Both the position numbers and the translations under genes were made by a program. This document shows positions 9,015 through 17,889 of a stretch of 54,087 bases of DNA, in pieces. Location of the stretch: IMG/VR virus record IMGVR_UViG_3300037350_000041, positions 1 to 54,087 of that record. One strand, given 5' to 3'. This DNA comes from a virus (Duplodnaviria; Caudoviricetes). Below the pieces are notes generated by a model that was given only the letters and a program-made list of their open reading frames with translations, did no database searches and was not told where the DNA came from. Position 1 is the first letter of the stretch; every line of letters begins with the position of its first letter.

Positions 9015-10954
9015 GCGCTGTGACGGTCCACACCATGGATCTCGGCGCGAGCGACGTGCACACGTCAGGCGGAGCGAAGCTCATGGACATCACCTCCGAG
9101 AAGCGAAAGTCGCTCCCGGCGTCCAAGTTCGCCGACCCGGCCGATCGCAAATACCCGATCGACACCGCGGCGCGGACTCGCAACGCCGCGGCTCGCCTCG
9201 AGCAGAACAAGGCGTCGATGTCGCCCGAGAAGTACGCGCAAGTTCGCGCGCGGATCGCTCGGGCCGCAAAGCGGTTCGGTGTGCACAGCGAGTACAACAA
9301 GAAGGCGACGCGCAAGCTCCGCGTCCACGCCGACCTCGGCGAGGGCGGGTCGCTCCACGTTCGTCACATGAAGGACGGTTCCGCCGTCTGTTGTGGGCTT
9401 GGGTACGTCCCGCTGGACAAGGACGCGGCGCTTGCCGACACGCCCAACAGGCGCGTGTGGATCCAATTGGCCAAGCCCGGTCACTACCGAGGGCACCGTG
9501 CCGGCGCGTTCACGCTCGACACGAAGACTTTCGACGAGATCATCCGCAACTTCAAAGCGAGCGGCCAGGGCCGCGTGCAATTCGATTTCGAGCACGCGAG
9601 CGAGATGCACCCCGCGAGCGGCGACATCGCGACGACCGGCGCCCCGGCGCAGGGTTGGATCTACGACCTCGCCAGGCGCCCGGACGGGAACCTGTGGGCA
9701 CTCACAGAGTGGCTCGAGCCGGCCCGTACGTACATCCGCGAGGACAAGTACGGATCGGTCAGCCCGGCGATCTCCTTCAACGTGAAGGACCAGGTTTCGG
9801 GTGAGAACGTCGGCGCGCGACTCTCGTCCGCGGCCCTGACCAATGATCCGTTTCTAACGGGAATGCAGCGCATCGCAGCCAGCGCGAAGGCCGCCGGCGA
9901 GGGCGCCCCCGAGTCGGACGTCGCTCTCGTGGAGAACCTCGAGAACGGCATGGTGTGGCTGTGCAGCGCGACGGACACAATCGTGATGCGTGGCGCCGTT
10001 TGCTACTCCGCCGCCGAATCGATGCCAGCCATCCACGCGGCGCTCGGCACGCACGCGCTCACCCCGCACGCTGACCTGATGTCCCGTCTCGACGGACTTC
10101 GCGACAAGCTCGAACGCGCAGGCGGTGACCACACCAAGATCGTCGATGGCGTCACGCTGTCCGATCACCTGCTGCCCCTCCGCAGCCTCGCGAACATGCA
10201 CGCGAGCGCCTCGTGGCCCGAGATCATCGACGTGATCGAGGAGCTGATCGACGCGGCGATGGACCAGCACATCGAAGAGATGCACGGCGGCGAATCCGAC
10301 GCCGACGAAAACGAACCCGACGCGGATGACGCGTCCATGTCGGCTGCGGCCGGCGCCGCAACCATCCCCGAACCCCAGGACACGACCACCATGGCCGACA
10401 GCAACGAAGTGACCGCCCTCAGCGCCAAGTGCGCGACCCTCGAGACCGAGAAGAAGAGCATCGCCGGCGAGCTCCACGCCGCGAAAGCCGAGACGGTCAC
10501 GCTCTCCGCCAAGGTCGACGAGAGCGCGAAGAAGATCGCCGAACTGGAGAAGGAGAACGCGGTCCTCCTCTCGGCGAAGAAGGCGCGCGACGAGGCCGAC
10601 ATCGAGCGCGATGTCGACGACGCGATCGCTCGCGCCGGCGACAAGCACGACTGGTTCTCCAAGGACAACCGCGAGGCGCTCACGATGAGCCGCAAGAACT
10701 CGCCCGAGGCGTTCGCGAAGAGCGTCGCCAAGCTCCCCAAGACGTCGCAGGCGCACCTGTTCTCGCGCACCCCCGGCGAGCCCAAGGCCGCACAGGGATC
10801 GTCCCTCGCGGGCGGCACGGCCGTCGCGATGACCGCCACCCAGCTCGCCACCAAGATGTCGCGCGATCCGCAGTACGCGAATCGCGACTTCGAGGATCTC
10901 GTCGACATCGCCGCGCGCCAGCTCTCCGAGAACCCGCTCGGCATCGCCCTCTGA
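9011..10954 (+). CDS. Mu gpI-like prohead protease/scaffold with N-terminal DUF6582-like domain
   Basis: WIQLAKPG, FDFEHAS, APAQGWI, EW...A..YI....YGSVSPAI, LSSAALTNDPFL; coiled-coil C-terminus; N-terminal RKSLPASKFA.P..RKYPI......RNA.AR......RI.RAAKRFGV. Confidence 0.9.
   Translation: MSAVTVHTMDLGASDVHTSGGAKLMDITSEKRKSLPASKFADPADRKYPIDTAARTRNAAARLEQNKASMSPEKYAQVRARIARAAKRFGVHSEYNKKATRKLRVHADLGEGGSLHVRHMKDGSAVCCGLGYVPLDKDAALADTPNRRVWIQLAKPGHYRGHRAGAFTLDTKTFDEIIRNFKASGQGRVQFDFEHASEMHPASGDIATTGAPAQGWIYDLARRPDGNLWALTEWLEPARTYIREDKYGSVSPAISFNVKDQVSGENVGARLSSAALTNDPFLTGMQRIAASAKAAGEGAPESDVALVENLENGMVWLCSATDTIVMRGAVCYSAAESMPAIHAALGTHALTPHADLMSRLDGLRDKLERAGGDHTKIVDGVTLSDHLLPLRSLANMHASASWPEIIDVIEELIDAAMDQHIEEMHGGESDADENEPDADDASMSAAAGAATIPEPQDTTTMADSNEVTALSAKCATLETEKKSIAGELHAAKAETVTLSAKVDESAKKIAELEKENAVLLSAKKARDEADIERDVDDAIARAGDKHDWFSKDNREALTMSRKNSPEAFAKSVAKLPKTSQAHLFSRTPGEPKAAQGSSLAGGTAVAMTATQLATKMSRDPQYANRDFEDLVDIAARQLSENPLGIAL
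10391..10954 (+). CDS. Probable nested in-frame scaffold protein (Mu gpZ-like)
   Basis: In-frame ATG at 10391 (MADSNEVTALSAK) after a low-complexity linker, AGGA at 10377-10380, coiled coil follows. Confidence 0.5.
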   Translation: MADSNEVTALSAKCATLETEKKSIAGELHAAKAETVTLSAKVDESAKKIAELEKENAVLLSAKKARDEADIERDVDDAIARAGDKHDWFSKDNREALTMSRKNSPEAFAKSVAKLPKTSQAHLFSRTPGEPKAAQGSSLAGGTAVAMTATQLATKMSRDPQYANRDFEDLVDIAARQLSENPLGIAL

Positions 10955-11052
10955 TTCTCTGAACCCAACTCACCCGGGCTGACGGCGCCGACCAGGCGCG
11001 CGGCTCACCGTCACAAATCATCCGGCGTCAGTACGCCGAGGAGCGCACTCCT

Positions 11053-11469
11053 ATGCCTGCAAATCCCCGCATCTCCGGTCAGCAGGGTTCCGGCGCCGTC
11101 GTCGAATCCTTCCACAACTACAGCACCGCGCTCGCCGAGGGCGTTCTCGTCAAGGTCGACGCGAACCTCCCCGCGGCGGCCAAGCTCGGTGGCTGCGTCG
11201 CCACCGCGGCGACCACGGACAAGAACGTCCTCGGTATCACGCTCGAGGCCATCGCGGCCGGCGCGGATGGCCGCGTCCTCACCGGTGGTGGCATCGCCGT
11301 GTGCACCGCCGCGGGCGCCATCACCTACGGCGATCCGCTCATGCCCGGCAGCGTCGCCGGCACCGTGAGCACGCGCACCACGGGCAAGCCGTTCGTCGGT
11401 TGGGCGCGCGCGTCCGCCGCCGATACCGCGCAGGTGCCGGTGCTCGTCCACATCGTCGACCCGAGCTGA
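11053..11469 (+). CDS. Capsid cement/decoration protein (DUF2190-like)
   Basis: Between scaffold and MCP; VLGITLEAIAAG...GIA...AAGAITYGD; GAGGAG RBS. Confidence 0.8.
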   Translation: MPANPRISGQQGSGAVVESFHNYSTALAEGVLVKVDANLPAAAKLGGCVATAATTDKNVLGITLEAIAAGADGRVLTGGGIAVCTAAGAITYGDPLMPGSVAGTVSTRTTGKPFVGWARASAADTAQVPVLVHIVDPS

Positions 11470-11552
11470 AGCCTCTCACGACTCATTCCCACCAGCGCTG
11501 ACGGCGCTCCCGAGACCGGGAGCGCGCTGCGCGAAAAACGAAAGAAAAGATC

Positions 11553-12812
11553 ATGGAACTCACCCTTCAGGATGGGACGGTGTTCGATACCGTCAGCAAC
11601 ATTCTCCGCGCTGCCGACGGTCGCACTCTGAGCCGACTGGAGGAGGTGGAGCGAGTCCCCGCAGGCGGTCACAAGATCCGCAAGGGCGGCGTCAGCGACC
11701 ACAACGTCACCGTCGCCGACATCGCGCACAAGACTTCGCTGTACGCCCACAAGCGCACGGCGGATGCCCTCGGGCGCCCGACGATGATGCGCCGGGCGGA
11801 CGGCGAGATGCAGAAGGTCCTCATGGATCTCGGCGTTCAGGACGTCCACATCCCGGGGCAGATGGCCGGCGCGGCGGCGGGTTACCGCACGACCAGCGGC
11901 ATCGCCGACAGCCTCGCGCCGGTCGTTTCGGCGATGCACCAGAAGGACAGCATCCCGGTTTGGGACAAGGAGAACGCCTTCGCTCGCGCGCAGGGCACGA
12001 CCGCGGCCCCGGGCGGCGACGTCCCCACCACGTCGATCTCGCTCGCGACGGTCGCGTACTCCACCAAGGAGCGCGCGCTCTCGATCGTGATGCCGGTCGA
12101 GGTCATCGAGAACGCGGACAGCCCGCTTTCTCCGTGGACCACGGCGACCCGCGTCGTTCAGGACAAGCTCCTGATCGAGCGTGAGTTCCGCGTGTGCGAC
12201 GCGGCCGTCACCGCGGCGAATTGGGATTCGAGCGTCGTGCTCGATCTCGGCGCTGCGTTCGGCTGGGTCTCGGGCGCGTCGGCGGATCCTGTCAAGGATA
12301 TCGACAGCATCGTGCTCGCGTCGTTCGACTCGACCGACCTCGTTTGCCACATGAGCGAGGACATCTGGCTGGCCTTCCAGCGCAACCCGGCGGTGCAGAA
12401 GTTCATCGCGTTCAAGGACGGCATCGGCCCGCGCCCGAGCACGAGTGAGATGCAGGCGATCCTCACTCTGCCCCCGATCGTGGTGCAGAAGATGAAGGTG
12501 ATGAACAGCTCGAATGCCCAGAAGTACGTGCTCACCCAGAGCGCGACGGGGCAGAGCAAGACCGGCGCCTGCGTCATCACGCGCAACACCTCGGGGCTGT
12601 CCGATCCGTCGATGATCTCGACGATGAAGACGATCCGTTGGAACGGCGGATCGGCGCCCGACGGGAACATGGTCGGCGGGTGGCTCGTGCGCACCTACTT
12701 CGACCCGAAGAAGGGCGGACGCGGCTCCTACGTGGTCGTGGTCGTGCACAACGACGACGAGATTTTCACGTCGAAGTTCGTCGGCGGGCTGATCACGGGC
12801 GTCGGCCAGTGA
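11553..12812 (+). CDS. Major capsid protein (lambda gpE-like, HK97 fold) with ~90-aa N-terminal extension
   Basis: Position; DVHI......AAGY....IAD.LAPVV; DPVKDI; C-terminal G.LI; downstream hairpin. Confidence 0.88.
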   Translation: MELTLQDGTVFDTVSNILRAADGRTLSRLEEVERVPAGGHKIRKGGVSDHNVTVADIAHKTSLYAHKRTADALGRPTMMRRADGEMQKVLMDLGVQDVHIPGQMAGAAAGYRTTSGIADSLAPVVSAMHQKDSIPVWDKENAFARAQGTTAAPGGDVPTTSISLATVAYSTKERALSIVMPVEVIENADSPLSPWTTATRVVQDKLLIEREFRVCDAAVTAANWDSSVVLDLGAAFGWVSGASADPVKDIDSIVLASFDSTDLVCHMSEDIWLAFQRNPAVQKFIAFKDGIGPRPSTSEMQAILTLPPIVVQKMKVMNSSNAQKYVLTQSATGQSKTGACVITRNTSGLSDPSMISTMKTIRWNGGSAPDGNMVGGWLVRTYFDPKKGGRGSYVVVVVHNDDEIFTSKFVGGLITGVGQ

Positions 12813-12819
12813 ATCACAG

Positions 12820-12847
12820 CGCGGCCGGGTGAGTTACTCGGCCGCGT
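12820..12847 (+). terminator. Stem-loop after MCP (mRNA stabiliser or terminator)
   Basis: CGCGGCCGGGT-GAGTT-ACTCGGCCGCG inverted repeat; no U-tract. Confidence 0.5.
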
Positions 12848-12875
12848 CGCAACACAACGCAGAGGGAGGATTTAC

Positions 12876-13139
12876 ATGGCGAACGAACAGACCAAGGCGA
12901 AGCTCGCGGACGAAGACGTGATGGTCACCATCACGCACGGCCGTCACCTCCACAAGGCAGCCAGCTACGTGAAGGACGCGCAGGGCAAGACCAAGCTCAG
13001 CGACGACGGCTTCCCGGTCATCGACAGGAGCATCCCGTACGGGCACGACTGCGCCGCCGTTCCAGGCGACACGATCATTCTCCCGAAGAGCGAAGCGGAG
13101 CGCCTCGTCAAGAGCGGCTCCGCGAAGCTCGCGGGCTGA
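12876..13139 (+). CDS. Small head-associated protein
   Basis: GGAGG RBS; PGDTIILPKSEAERLVKSG motif common in post-MCP proteins. Confidence 0.75.
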   Translation: MANEQTKAKLADEDVMVTITHGRHLHKAASYVKDAQGKTKLSDDGFPVIDRSIPYGHDCAAVPGDTIILPKSEAERLVKSGSAKLAG

Positions 13140-13145
13140 TCACCC

Positions 13146-13613
13146 ATGGCCTACATCGCACAGGTGGACCTGGAGAATCGGCTGTCTCAGTCGACGATCC
13201 TGCAACTGTACGATGACGGCAACGGCAACGTGAACACCGCTGCCATAGCGGCGGTGCTTCAGACGGCCAGCGACATGTGCGACGCCGAAATCTCGGGGTC
13301 GTACGGCGGTCCATGGCCGGCGGGCACGGACCCGACGACGGGCAAGTATGCCGCGATGCTTCGAGAGGCCGCGACGCTGTACGCGATCGCGCTCTCGTTC
13401 GAGCGGCATCCCGAGTACGTGCGCAAGTTCGGCGACGACAACCGGGCGCGCGGCATGTACGAGCGGGCCGCCATGCTCTGCACGGCGATCGCGAACGGCG
13501 ACAAGAACATCGTCGAGGCGACACCTAAGGGCGGCGCCATCGTGCGCGGCGGCGTCGTAACCAACGACGCGAACCCGATGGTGTGCGGCGTCGGCGGAGA
13601 TTGGGGTACCTGA
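13146..13613 (+). CDS. Head-tail adaptor (Mu gp36/DUF1320-like)
   Basis: MAYIAQVDL..R......L......AS...D..I...Y...P; YERA......IA.G. Confidence 0.85.
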   Translation: MAYIAQVDLENRLSQSTILQLYDDGNGNVNTAAIAAVLQTASDMCDAEISGSYGGPWPAGTDPTTGKYAAMLREAATLYAIALSFERHPEYVRKFGDDNRARGMYERAAMLCTAIANGDKNIVEATPKGGAIVRGGVVTNDANPMVCGVGGDWGT

Positions 13614-13882
13614 TGCCTACTCGAGACGGACAACCCACAGGCTGGACCGGACCCGCGTACGGCGATCCGATGGTCGTCGACATCTCGACTGCGGATCACA
13701 CGTTCACGGTCCCGGCGCGCACGCTCTACTGCCTCGGCGCAGGTGACGTGGTGTTCATCTGCGAAGGTGGCACAGCGTCCACGGTCCGCACCGTCGCAGC
13801 GAAGGGCACCATCACCGGCTACTCGATCGCGAAGATCGTGAAGACGAACACCACCGCGACGGGCATGGAAGGCTTTCGGTGA
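13613..13882 (+). CDS. Head spike base protein (RcGTA Rcc01079-like)
   Basis: ARTLYCLGAGDV.F...GG........KI.KTNTTATGM pattern; TGATG coupling. Confidence 0.65.
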   Translation: MPTRDGQPTGWTGPAYGDPMVVDISTADHTFTVPARTLYCLGAGDVVFICEGGTASTVRTVAAKGTITGYSIAKIVKTNTTATGMEGFR

Positions 13883-14364
13883 GCGGCCTCCTCGACGTCA
13901 CCGTCGATTTCGACATCTCCGATCTGGAGTCGACGTACGACCGAGGCCGCGCCGAGCTCGTCGCGAACGTCAAAAAAGCGGTCCGCGCGGCTGCCACCGA
14001 AGGGCTCGCCGAGGCCATCGCGACACGGCGCTACCATGACCGCACCGGCCACCTCACCGGTACGGCGCGCACGAGGCTCATCGAGAGCACGATCGACGGC
14101 GCCAAGTCGGAGATCGAGTGGCCGGTCGCGTACGCCGACGCAGTGGATGGCGGCACTCGCCCGCACGTCATCGAGGCGAAGAACGCGCCGTTGCTACGCT
14201 TCTACTGGCCGAAGATCGGCGGGCTGTTCGTCGGCAAGCGCGTGAACCACCCAGGCACGCAACCGACCGGATTCGCTGGTGTCGCGTACCACAAGGCAGA
14301 GCGCGTGATCGAGCGCGACGTGAGCGCGGCGATTCGCCAACTCGAAGTCGTTCTGTCGCACTGA
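13879..14364 (+). CDS. Neck/tail completion protein (HK97 gp10-like)
   Basis: RTGHL, YA..V..GTRPHVI.AKN...LRF, KRVNHPGT. Confidence 0.85.
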   Translation: MSGLLDVTVDFDISDLESTYDRGRAELVANVKKAVRAAATEGLAEAIATRRYHDRTGHLTGTARTRLIESTIDGAKSEIEWPVAYADAVDGGTRPHVIEAKNAPLLRFYWPKIGGLFVGKRVNHPGTQPTGFAGVAYHKAERVIERDVSAAIRQLEVVLSH

Positions 14365-14448
14365 CACGCCCTTGCCCGGCAGAGGGCCGCTGACGTTGTT
14401 TCGATCCCCCTCGCGACGTCGACGGCCCCCTAGCGCGCAGGTGCAACC

Positions 14449-15387
14449 ATGACGCTCGCCGACACGTACGGGCTGCTCCCGATCCCGACGGCGGCGCCGA
14501 TTGCGACAACGATCGCAGCGGGCAGCAACGGCCAGTCGCTCCCCCAGGCCACCATCGTAGTCGCGTCGGCCGCGCTCTTCCCCACCCGCGGGACGGCGAT
14601 TGTCACCACTGACAAGGGCCCCCAGGCGGTCACGTTCACCGGGACGACCAGCGGCACCCTCACCGGGTGCTCTGGCGGCCAGGGCGCGATGGCGACCGGC
14701 AACGCGGTGCTTCTCCACGAAGCCGCGGGCGACCCAGGGCTCACCGTCCTCGCGGACTACCTACAGACGTTCATCCTCACCTATGGCGCCGCGGCTTGGA
14801 CCGCGATCGCCGGAGCGTCACCGGCGAATCAGTCGGTTCCGTGCTTCCGGGCCTTCACCCACGACCCGAGCGAGACGGAATTCAACGAGCGCGACCTGCC
14901 GGCGATCTTCCTTTGGCGCACTGGTAGCGCCGAGACGCCCGCCTGGATCGCCGACGACTACCGCGTCACGTTCGACACCGTGCGCGTGCTGTGGGTGCCC
15001 CCGGCGGCACCACAAGCGCAGGGCACGCGGCGGCACCCGTTCACGAACGCGATCGTCAAGCTCATCGACGACGCGATCGGCCGTGAGCGCTTCCCCGAAT
15101 GGGTGCGCAAGGGCGACACCGATCCGGAGAGCCCGTACATCGGCTCGCAGCTCCTCGATTCGATGGGCGCCTGGCGTCTCTGGATCGCGAAGTACCAACC
15201 GCACAACCTGATGATCGGCATGGCCGGAAGCGACCCGCGCACGTACGCGGCGCTCGCCATCGATCTGCATCTCGAGGAGCGCCTCATCTACGGCACGGAC
15301 GACCCGAACATCGGTCAGACCGCCACGATTCAAGATACGTCGGCGCCGCCGCTGGTCCTCGCGACTGTCGCGCTACCCGCCCCCTAA
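14449..15387 (+). CDS. Putative tail terminator/neck protein with inserted beta-rich domain
   Basis: Position before sheath; LPAIFLWR; Thr/Gly-rich segment near N-terminus. Confidence 0.55.
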   Translation: MTLADTYGLLPIPTAAPIATTIAAGSNGQSLPQATIVVASAALFPTRGTAIVTTDKGPQAVTFTGTTSGTLTGCSGGQGAMATGNAVLLHEAAGDPGLTVLADYLQTFILTYGAAAWTAIAGASPANQSVPCFRAFTHDPSETEFNERDLPAIFLWRTGSAETPAWIADDYRVTFDTVRVLWVPPAAPQAQGTRRHPFTNAIVKLIDDAIGRERFPEWVRKGDTDPESPYIGSQLLDSMGAWRLWIAKYQPHNLMIGMAGSDPRTYAALAIDLHLEERLIYGTDDPNIGQTATIQDTSAPPLVLATVALPAP

Positions 15388-15403
15388 CCGAAGGCGACAA
15401 CTC

Positions 15404-15871
15404 ATGCCGCAACCTCCCGCGCTCGTCGTGGTCGCGAACCCATTTTGCGCCCTCGACGACGATGGCGATCCGTCCGGTGCGGTCACGCGATCGGACATCC
15501 ACGAGCGTCGCATCGGCGCCACGCTGGACACCGAGCGATCCAAGGCCTCCGGGATCTGCAAGTACACCTTTACCGACGCGCCCGAGACGCTGCCCGATTC
15601 GGCAGCGCATCGGTCGTATCTGCGCTCGGGTGAGGTGATTCCCGCCGACGAGGCCACCGCTGCGCTCGTGTCGCGGAAGTTCGTGCCGGTCGCCGATGTG
15701 CTCGCCGCTGCGAAGGCGCGCGCGATCGCCGAGTACCGCGCCGCGTATGGCGTCGACCCAGCGTGCGCCAAGGCGCCGCTTCAAACCGCTCCCGCGACTC
15801 CGACGCCTGCGCCCTCCGCGCCGGCCGCGATCGCCCCTGCACGCGCCAGCAACGCGCCTCCGGAGAAGTGA
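15404..15871 (+). CDS. Hypothetical pre-sheath protein
   Basis: Occupies the Mu gp38 slot; Y.R.GEVIPAD. Confidence 0.6.
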   Translation: MPQPPALVVVANPFCALDDDGDPSGAVTRSDIHERRIGATLDTERSKASGICKYTFTDAPETLPDSAAHRSYLRSGEVIPADEATAALVSRKFVPVADVLAAAKARAIAEYRAAYGVDPACAKAPLQTAPATPTPAPSAPAAIAPARASNAPPEK

Positions 15872-15874
15872 CCC

Positions 15875-17398
15875 ATGGGCCAGATCATCGTCGTAGGTCT
15901 CAATCCGTCCGGGAAGGTTCCGGCGGCGCTGTTCGACGTCAATTTCGGCGTCGGTCGCCAGGACGTGGGAAGCATTCCCCGATACCTCCTGTGCGTCGGC
16001 AACAAGCTGTCGAGCGGGTCGATGGTTGCCGACGTCGATGTCGTCGACATCACCCCCAGCAGCGACATCAACGCGCTGATGGGCGACCGTTCCGAGCTCG
16101 CACAGATGGTGCGGGTCGCGCAGCAGTACCCCGGGATCCAAATCAAGGCGGCGGCCACGGCGGAAGCCGGCGGCGCGGCGGCGGCCACGGCGACGATCAC
16201 GTTCGTCGGCACTGCGACCAGCGGCGGAACGTTCACCTACATCCTCGCGGGTGTCACGGTGTCCTTCCAGGTGGCGTCTGGTGACGTCATCGGCACGATC
16301 GCCACCAACTGCGCCACGGCGTTCAACAACGCCAACGCGGGCCGGCTCCCGGTCACGGCGGCGGCATCGCTCGGCGTCGTCACGCTCACCACGGCGAGCA
16401 AGGGTCTCCGCCACTGCGACTGGACGCTCTACCAGGACGTCTCGCTTGCCCCGGGCACGACCACGAGCGCCCTCGCCAGCGCGTCGGCGTACTCGGTCAA
16501 CCCCGGCAAGGGCGGCGTCACCGGCGTGCGCCTCGGTGGCGGCACCGGGACGGATTCGGTCGCGAACCTGCTCTTGGTGCTCGCGAACACGACCTACTAC
16601 ACGATCGCGTGGGGTCAGACCGACACCACGAATGCGGGGCTGATCAAGACATGGAACCTCGCGCAGGCCGCCATCGGCTCGCAGCGGTACCAGTCGATGA
16701 TCTCGGGCCAGATCGGTCTCATCGCGACGGCGAAGACGCTCGCGCAGACCACCGTCAACTCGCCCGACTGGTCGTTCCCCTGGATGCAGGGCTGCGAGGT
16801 CATCGGCGGCGTGCTCGCGGCGAGCTTCGGCGCGGATGCAACGCAGAAGGAGCAGCTCAACCCGAACCTCAGGTTGAACGGCGACGTTCTGCTCGGAATC
16901 CCGCCGGCACGCTCGGCGCTCGACATCCCGAGCGGCGGCGAGTCGGGAACGCAAAACATCGCGCTCGGCGAGTCGATCACGCCCATCAACACGACCAGCG
17001 ACGGAAACGCGATCGTGGTCCGCGCCGTGACGGGACTCTCGCTCCGCAACTCGGTGGCGTTCACAGGATGCCTCGATCGCGGACAGTGGCGCACGGCCGT
17101 GACCGCGGCGGAGGAGTTGCTCCTCGCTTGGTACAGCGAGTTCAGCGTCAACAACCCGTGGGCCGGCCCCAACCCAGGCACGGGGCAGCGGAACCCGCCC
17201 GACGGCAAGGCGTACCCGGACCTCTGGAAGAGCTACGCGCAGGGTCTCCTCGAAGCGAAGATCGCTGACAACTGGTTCGAGTCGGTGAGCGTGGACGCGC
17301 AGTGGGATCCGGCCGCCAAGCAGCTGCTCACGACCATCAACCTGAACGTCACGGCGCAAAACCACCGGATCGCCGGGAACATCAACCAAACGTTCTGA
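15875..17398 (+). CDS. Contractile tail sheath (Mu gpL-like)
   Basis: 507 aa; L.G..SELAQM, AATATITF.GTAT.GGT, V.SGD....IA, LPVTA, VVTLT...KG, IVVRAVT. Confidence 0.93.
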   Translation: MGQIIVVGLNPSGKVPAALFDVNFGVGRQDVGSIPRYLLCVGNKLSSGSMVADVDVVDITPSSDINALMGDRSELAQMVRVAQQYPGIQIKAAATAEAGGAAAATATITFVGTATSGGTFTYILAGVTVSFQVASGDVIGTIATNCATAFNNANAGRLPVTAAASLGVVTLTTASKGLRHCDWTLYQDVSLAPGTTTSALASASAYSVNPGKGGVTGVRLGGGTGTDSVANLLLVLANTTYYTIAWGQTDTTNAGLIKTWNLAQAAIGSQRYQSMISGQIGLIATAKTLAQTTVNSPDWSFPWMQGCEVIGGVLAASFGADATQKEQLNPNLRLNGDVLLGIPPARSALDIPSGGESGTQNIALGESITPINTTSDGNAIVVRAVTGLSLRNSVAFTGCLDRGQWRTAVTAAEELLLAWYSEFSVNNPWAGPNPGTGQRNPPDGKAYPDLWKSYAQGLLEAKIADNWFESVSVDAQWDPAAKQLLTTINLNVTAQNHRIAGNINQTF

Positions 17399-17405
17399 GA
17401 CTACC

Positions 17406-17441
17406 TCCGCACGTCGCCGTGAGTGTCACCGGCGACGCGGA
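17406..17441 (+). other. Intergenic stem-loop between sheath and tube
   Basis: TCCGC-A-CGTCGCCG-TGAGTGTCAC-CGGCGACG-CGGA. Confidence 0.5.
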
Positions 17442-17484
17442 CCCCAACTGAACGCCGGCACCCGCCGCGCGGAAAGGCATCGCC

Positions 17485-17862
17485 ATGGCTGCGGATCCGG
17501 ATCGCATCAAGAGTTTTTCGGTCTACCGAGGCGGAAAGAAGATCGGCGTCGCCGAGACCGCCGACGTCGAGCTGACCGGCAACGACGAGGAGCACCTCTC
17601 GGATGACGGTTGGACCGCATCGGACGGACAGCCCACCACGTCGCTCACGGTGAACACGATCACCCCGGTGGACGGCAAGACGTCGGACCTCACCGACGCG
17701 ATCGTCAACAAGGACTTCCTCCGGATGCAACTCAACGTCGTCGACGGCGAGGCGTGGAGTTGCGTCATGAAGTGCATGAGCGCGAAGTACACGACCGACA
17801 TGAAAACGGGCTCACTGAAGGGCACGTTCTCATTCAAGGGCGGCACGCCCAACAAGGCGTGA
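17485..17862 (+). CDS. Tail tube protein
   Basis: 125-aa beta-rich ORF directly after sheath, ends GTFSFKGG.P. Confidence 0.8.
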   Translation: MAADPDRIKSFSVYRGGKKIGVAETADVELTGNDEEHLSDDGWTASDGQPTTSLTVNTITPVDGKTSDLTDAIVNKDFLRMQLNVVDGEAWSCVMKCMSAKYTTDMKTGSLKGTFSFKGGTPNKA

Positions 17863-17889
17863 CGTAGCAACGCGCCGAGGGGGATTCAC

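Noticed and set aside
11491-11545. Hammerhead ribozyme (CTGA..hairpin..GAAA)
   Set aside because: Core reads CTGACGG rather than CTGANGA, and GAAA does not abut the stem
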